DNA of 63,023 nucleotides, filler included. It is 3 parts of 3 records of this genome, joined end to end, with 100 filler letters (N's around TTAATTAATTAA, not from the genome) between each part and the next. Parts side by side here need not be neighbours in the genome. Positions count along the whole stretch, not along the records: positions 52,349 to 63,023 come from SRR20825019_272; 2 more parts are not named here. One strand, 5' to 3'. Shown piece by piece: positions 62,058 to 63,023 of this stretch; positions within the stretch are counted from its first letter, which is position 1; every line of letters begins with the position of its first letter. The notes below the pieces were generated by a model. The model saw nothing but the letters and a program-made list of their open reading frames with translations, did not search any database and was not told the DNA's origin. A program made the position numbers and the translations under genes.

Positions 62058-62183
62058 ATGACACGTTTGGCTGAATACACGATCAAGACAGATGCACGCG
62101 CCTTTGCTGCGCGGCCTGTTGCTGCGTCTTCGCTAAACTCGCTTCTTCTCCTCGGCCTTAAAAGCGGTTGCCGGGTCCTTTAA
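62058..62183 (+). CDS. Leu-rich leader peptide upstream of leuA (41 aa)
   Basis: MTRLAEYTIKTDARAFAARPVAASSLNSLLLLGLKSGCRVL; the Leu run is followed by a GC-rich stem spanning the stop codon. Confidence 0.7.
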   Translation: MTRLAEYTIKTDARAFAARPVAASSLNSLLLLGLKSGCRVL

Positions 62184-62324
62184 GGAGCGCCCGGCGGCCG
62201 TAAAGCCGTTCGGCGCAATCGCTCCTTCACCCCTGAATAACCTGAACAAGACTATAAGGCTCTGCCGCACGTCGTCTTCAATAGGATGATCGTGATTTTC
62301 ATGCGGGCCGCCGAGGAAGAGATA

Positions 62325-63023
62325 ATGGACGCGAATAACTCCCAGAACGTCAAGGGTATGCCGATTGCAGGCACGAAATATCAGCCCTACCAGCAAATTA
62401 ACCTGACAGATCGGCAATGGCCGTCGAAGCGCATCGAAAAGGCACCGATCTGGTGTTCGGTTGATCTGCGTGACGGCAACCAGGCACTGGTTGACCCGAT
62501 GGGGCATGACCGCAAGGCGCGCATGTTCCAGCTGTTGCTGGACATGGGCTTCAAGGAAATCGAGATTGGTTTTCCGTCTGCATCGCAAACAGATTTCGAC
62601 TTTGCCCGCTGGTGCGTTGAAAACGATCAGGTTGGAGATGATGTTTCCCTGCAGGTGCTGGTGCAGTGCCGACCGGAGCTGATTACCAGAACATTTGAAT
62701 CGCTGAAGGGTTCAAGACGCCCGATCGTGCATTTCTACAATTCTACCAGCGAGCTTCAGCGTCGTGTGGTGTTTGGCAAGGATGTTGCCGGTATCAAGCA
62801 AATAGCGGTTGATGCAGCCAAGATGATCACGGATATGGCCGAAAAGGCCGGAGGCGGCTATCGCTTTCAGTATTCGCCGGAAAGCTTTACCGGTACGGAA
62901 CTGGACGTGGCGCTGGAGATCTGCAACGCCGTCATCGAAGAAATGAAGCCGACGGCGGATAACAAGCTGATTATCAACCTGCCATCTACGGTTGAAATGT
63001 CGACGCCGAACATCTATGCCGAC
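62325..63023 (+). CDS. leuA: 2-isopropylmalate synthase (3' truncated; absent from the ORF track)
   Basis: MDANNSQNVKGMP...DRQWPSKRIEKAPIWCSVDLRDGNQAL...GFKEIEIGFPSASQTDFDF...YSPESFTGTE...NLPSTVE. Confidence 0.95.
   Translation, partial: MDANNSQNVKGMPIAGTKYQPYQQINLTDRQWPSKRIEKAPIWCSVDLRDGNQALVDPMGHDRKARMFQLLLDMGFKEIEIGFPSASQTDFDFARWCVENDQVGDDVSLQVLVQCRPELITRTFESLKGSRRPIVHFYNSTSELQRRVVFGKDVAGIKQIAVDAAKMITDMAEKAGGGYRFQYSPESFTGTELDVALEICNAVIEEMKPTADNKLIINLPSTVEMSTPNIYAD

Overview
The window is not one locus. It is three unrelated contigs joined by two artificial 100-nt spacers (N44-TTAATTAATTAA-N44 at 20727-20826 and 52249-52348). Contig A (1-20726) is AT-rich and Bacteroidetes/Flavobacteriales-like (T9SS cargo, TAnnTTTG promoters). 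It carries a large secreted alpha/alpha-toroid plus FG-GAP-repeat protein that the ORF track missed, comM/yifB, a T9SS cargo protein, rpmH, an ABC exporter, a degenerate sensor kinase, DUF819, two POT peptide transporters, an M1 aminopeptidase, a GAC-phased microrepeat, valS and DUF523. Contig B (20827-52248) is a GC-rich Marinobacter-like gammaproteobacterium. It carries a probable rrn promoter, tyrS-M23-anmK-erpA-bactofilin-argC, ClC-hemJ-thiD-thiE-hemL, a lipase, an ECF sigma/anti-sigma/TPR-beta-barrel/DUF4382 lipoprotein module, lpoP-mrcB, and sfsA-dksA-gluQ-cbrX-cbrA-cbrB-crcZ-like sRNA-pcnB. Contig C (52349-63023) is Rhizobiales-like and carries secA, a GH13 glucosidase, the trpL attenuator and trpE(G), a CDF transporter, clpP, benE, a Leu-rich leader and leuA. 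Best candidates for under-described biology: (1) the ECF-controlled Slam/T11SS-like barrel plus DUF4382 lipoprotein module, with two matching GGAAC-N17-CGT promoters; (2) a complete CbrX/CbrAB/CrcZ-like circuit outside Pseudomonas, with a candidate Hfq/Crc-target leader on the lipase; (3) the toroid-FG-GAP protein; (4) an apparent AUC start codon for thiD. Taxonomy and family calls come from motif and synteny recognition only; no searches were run.
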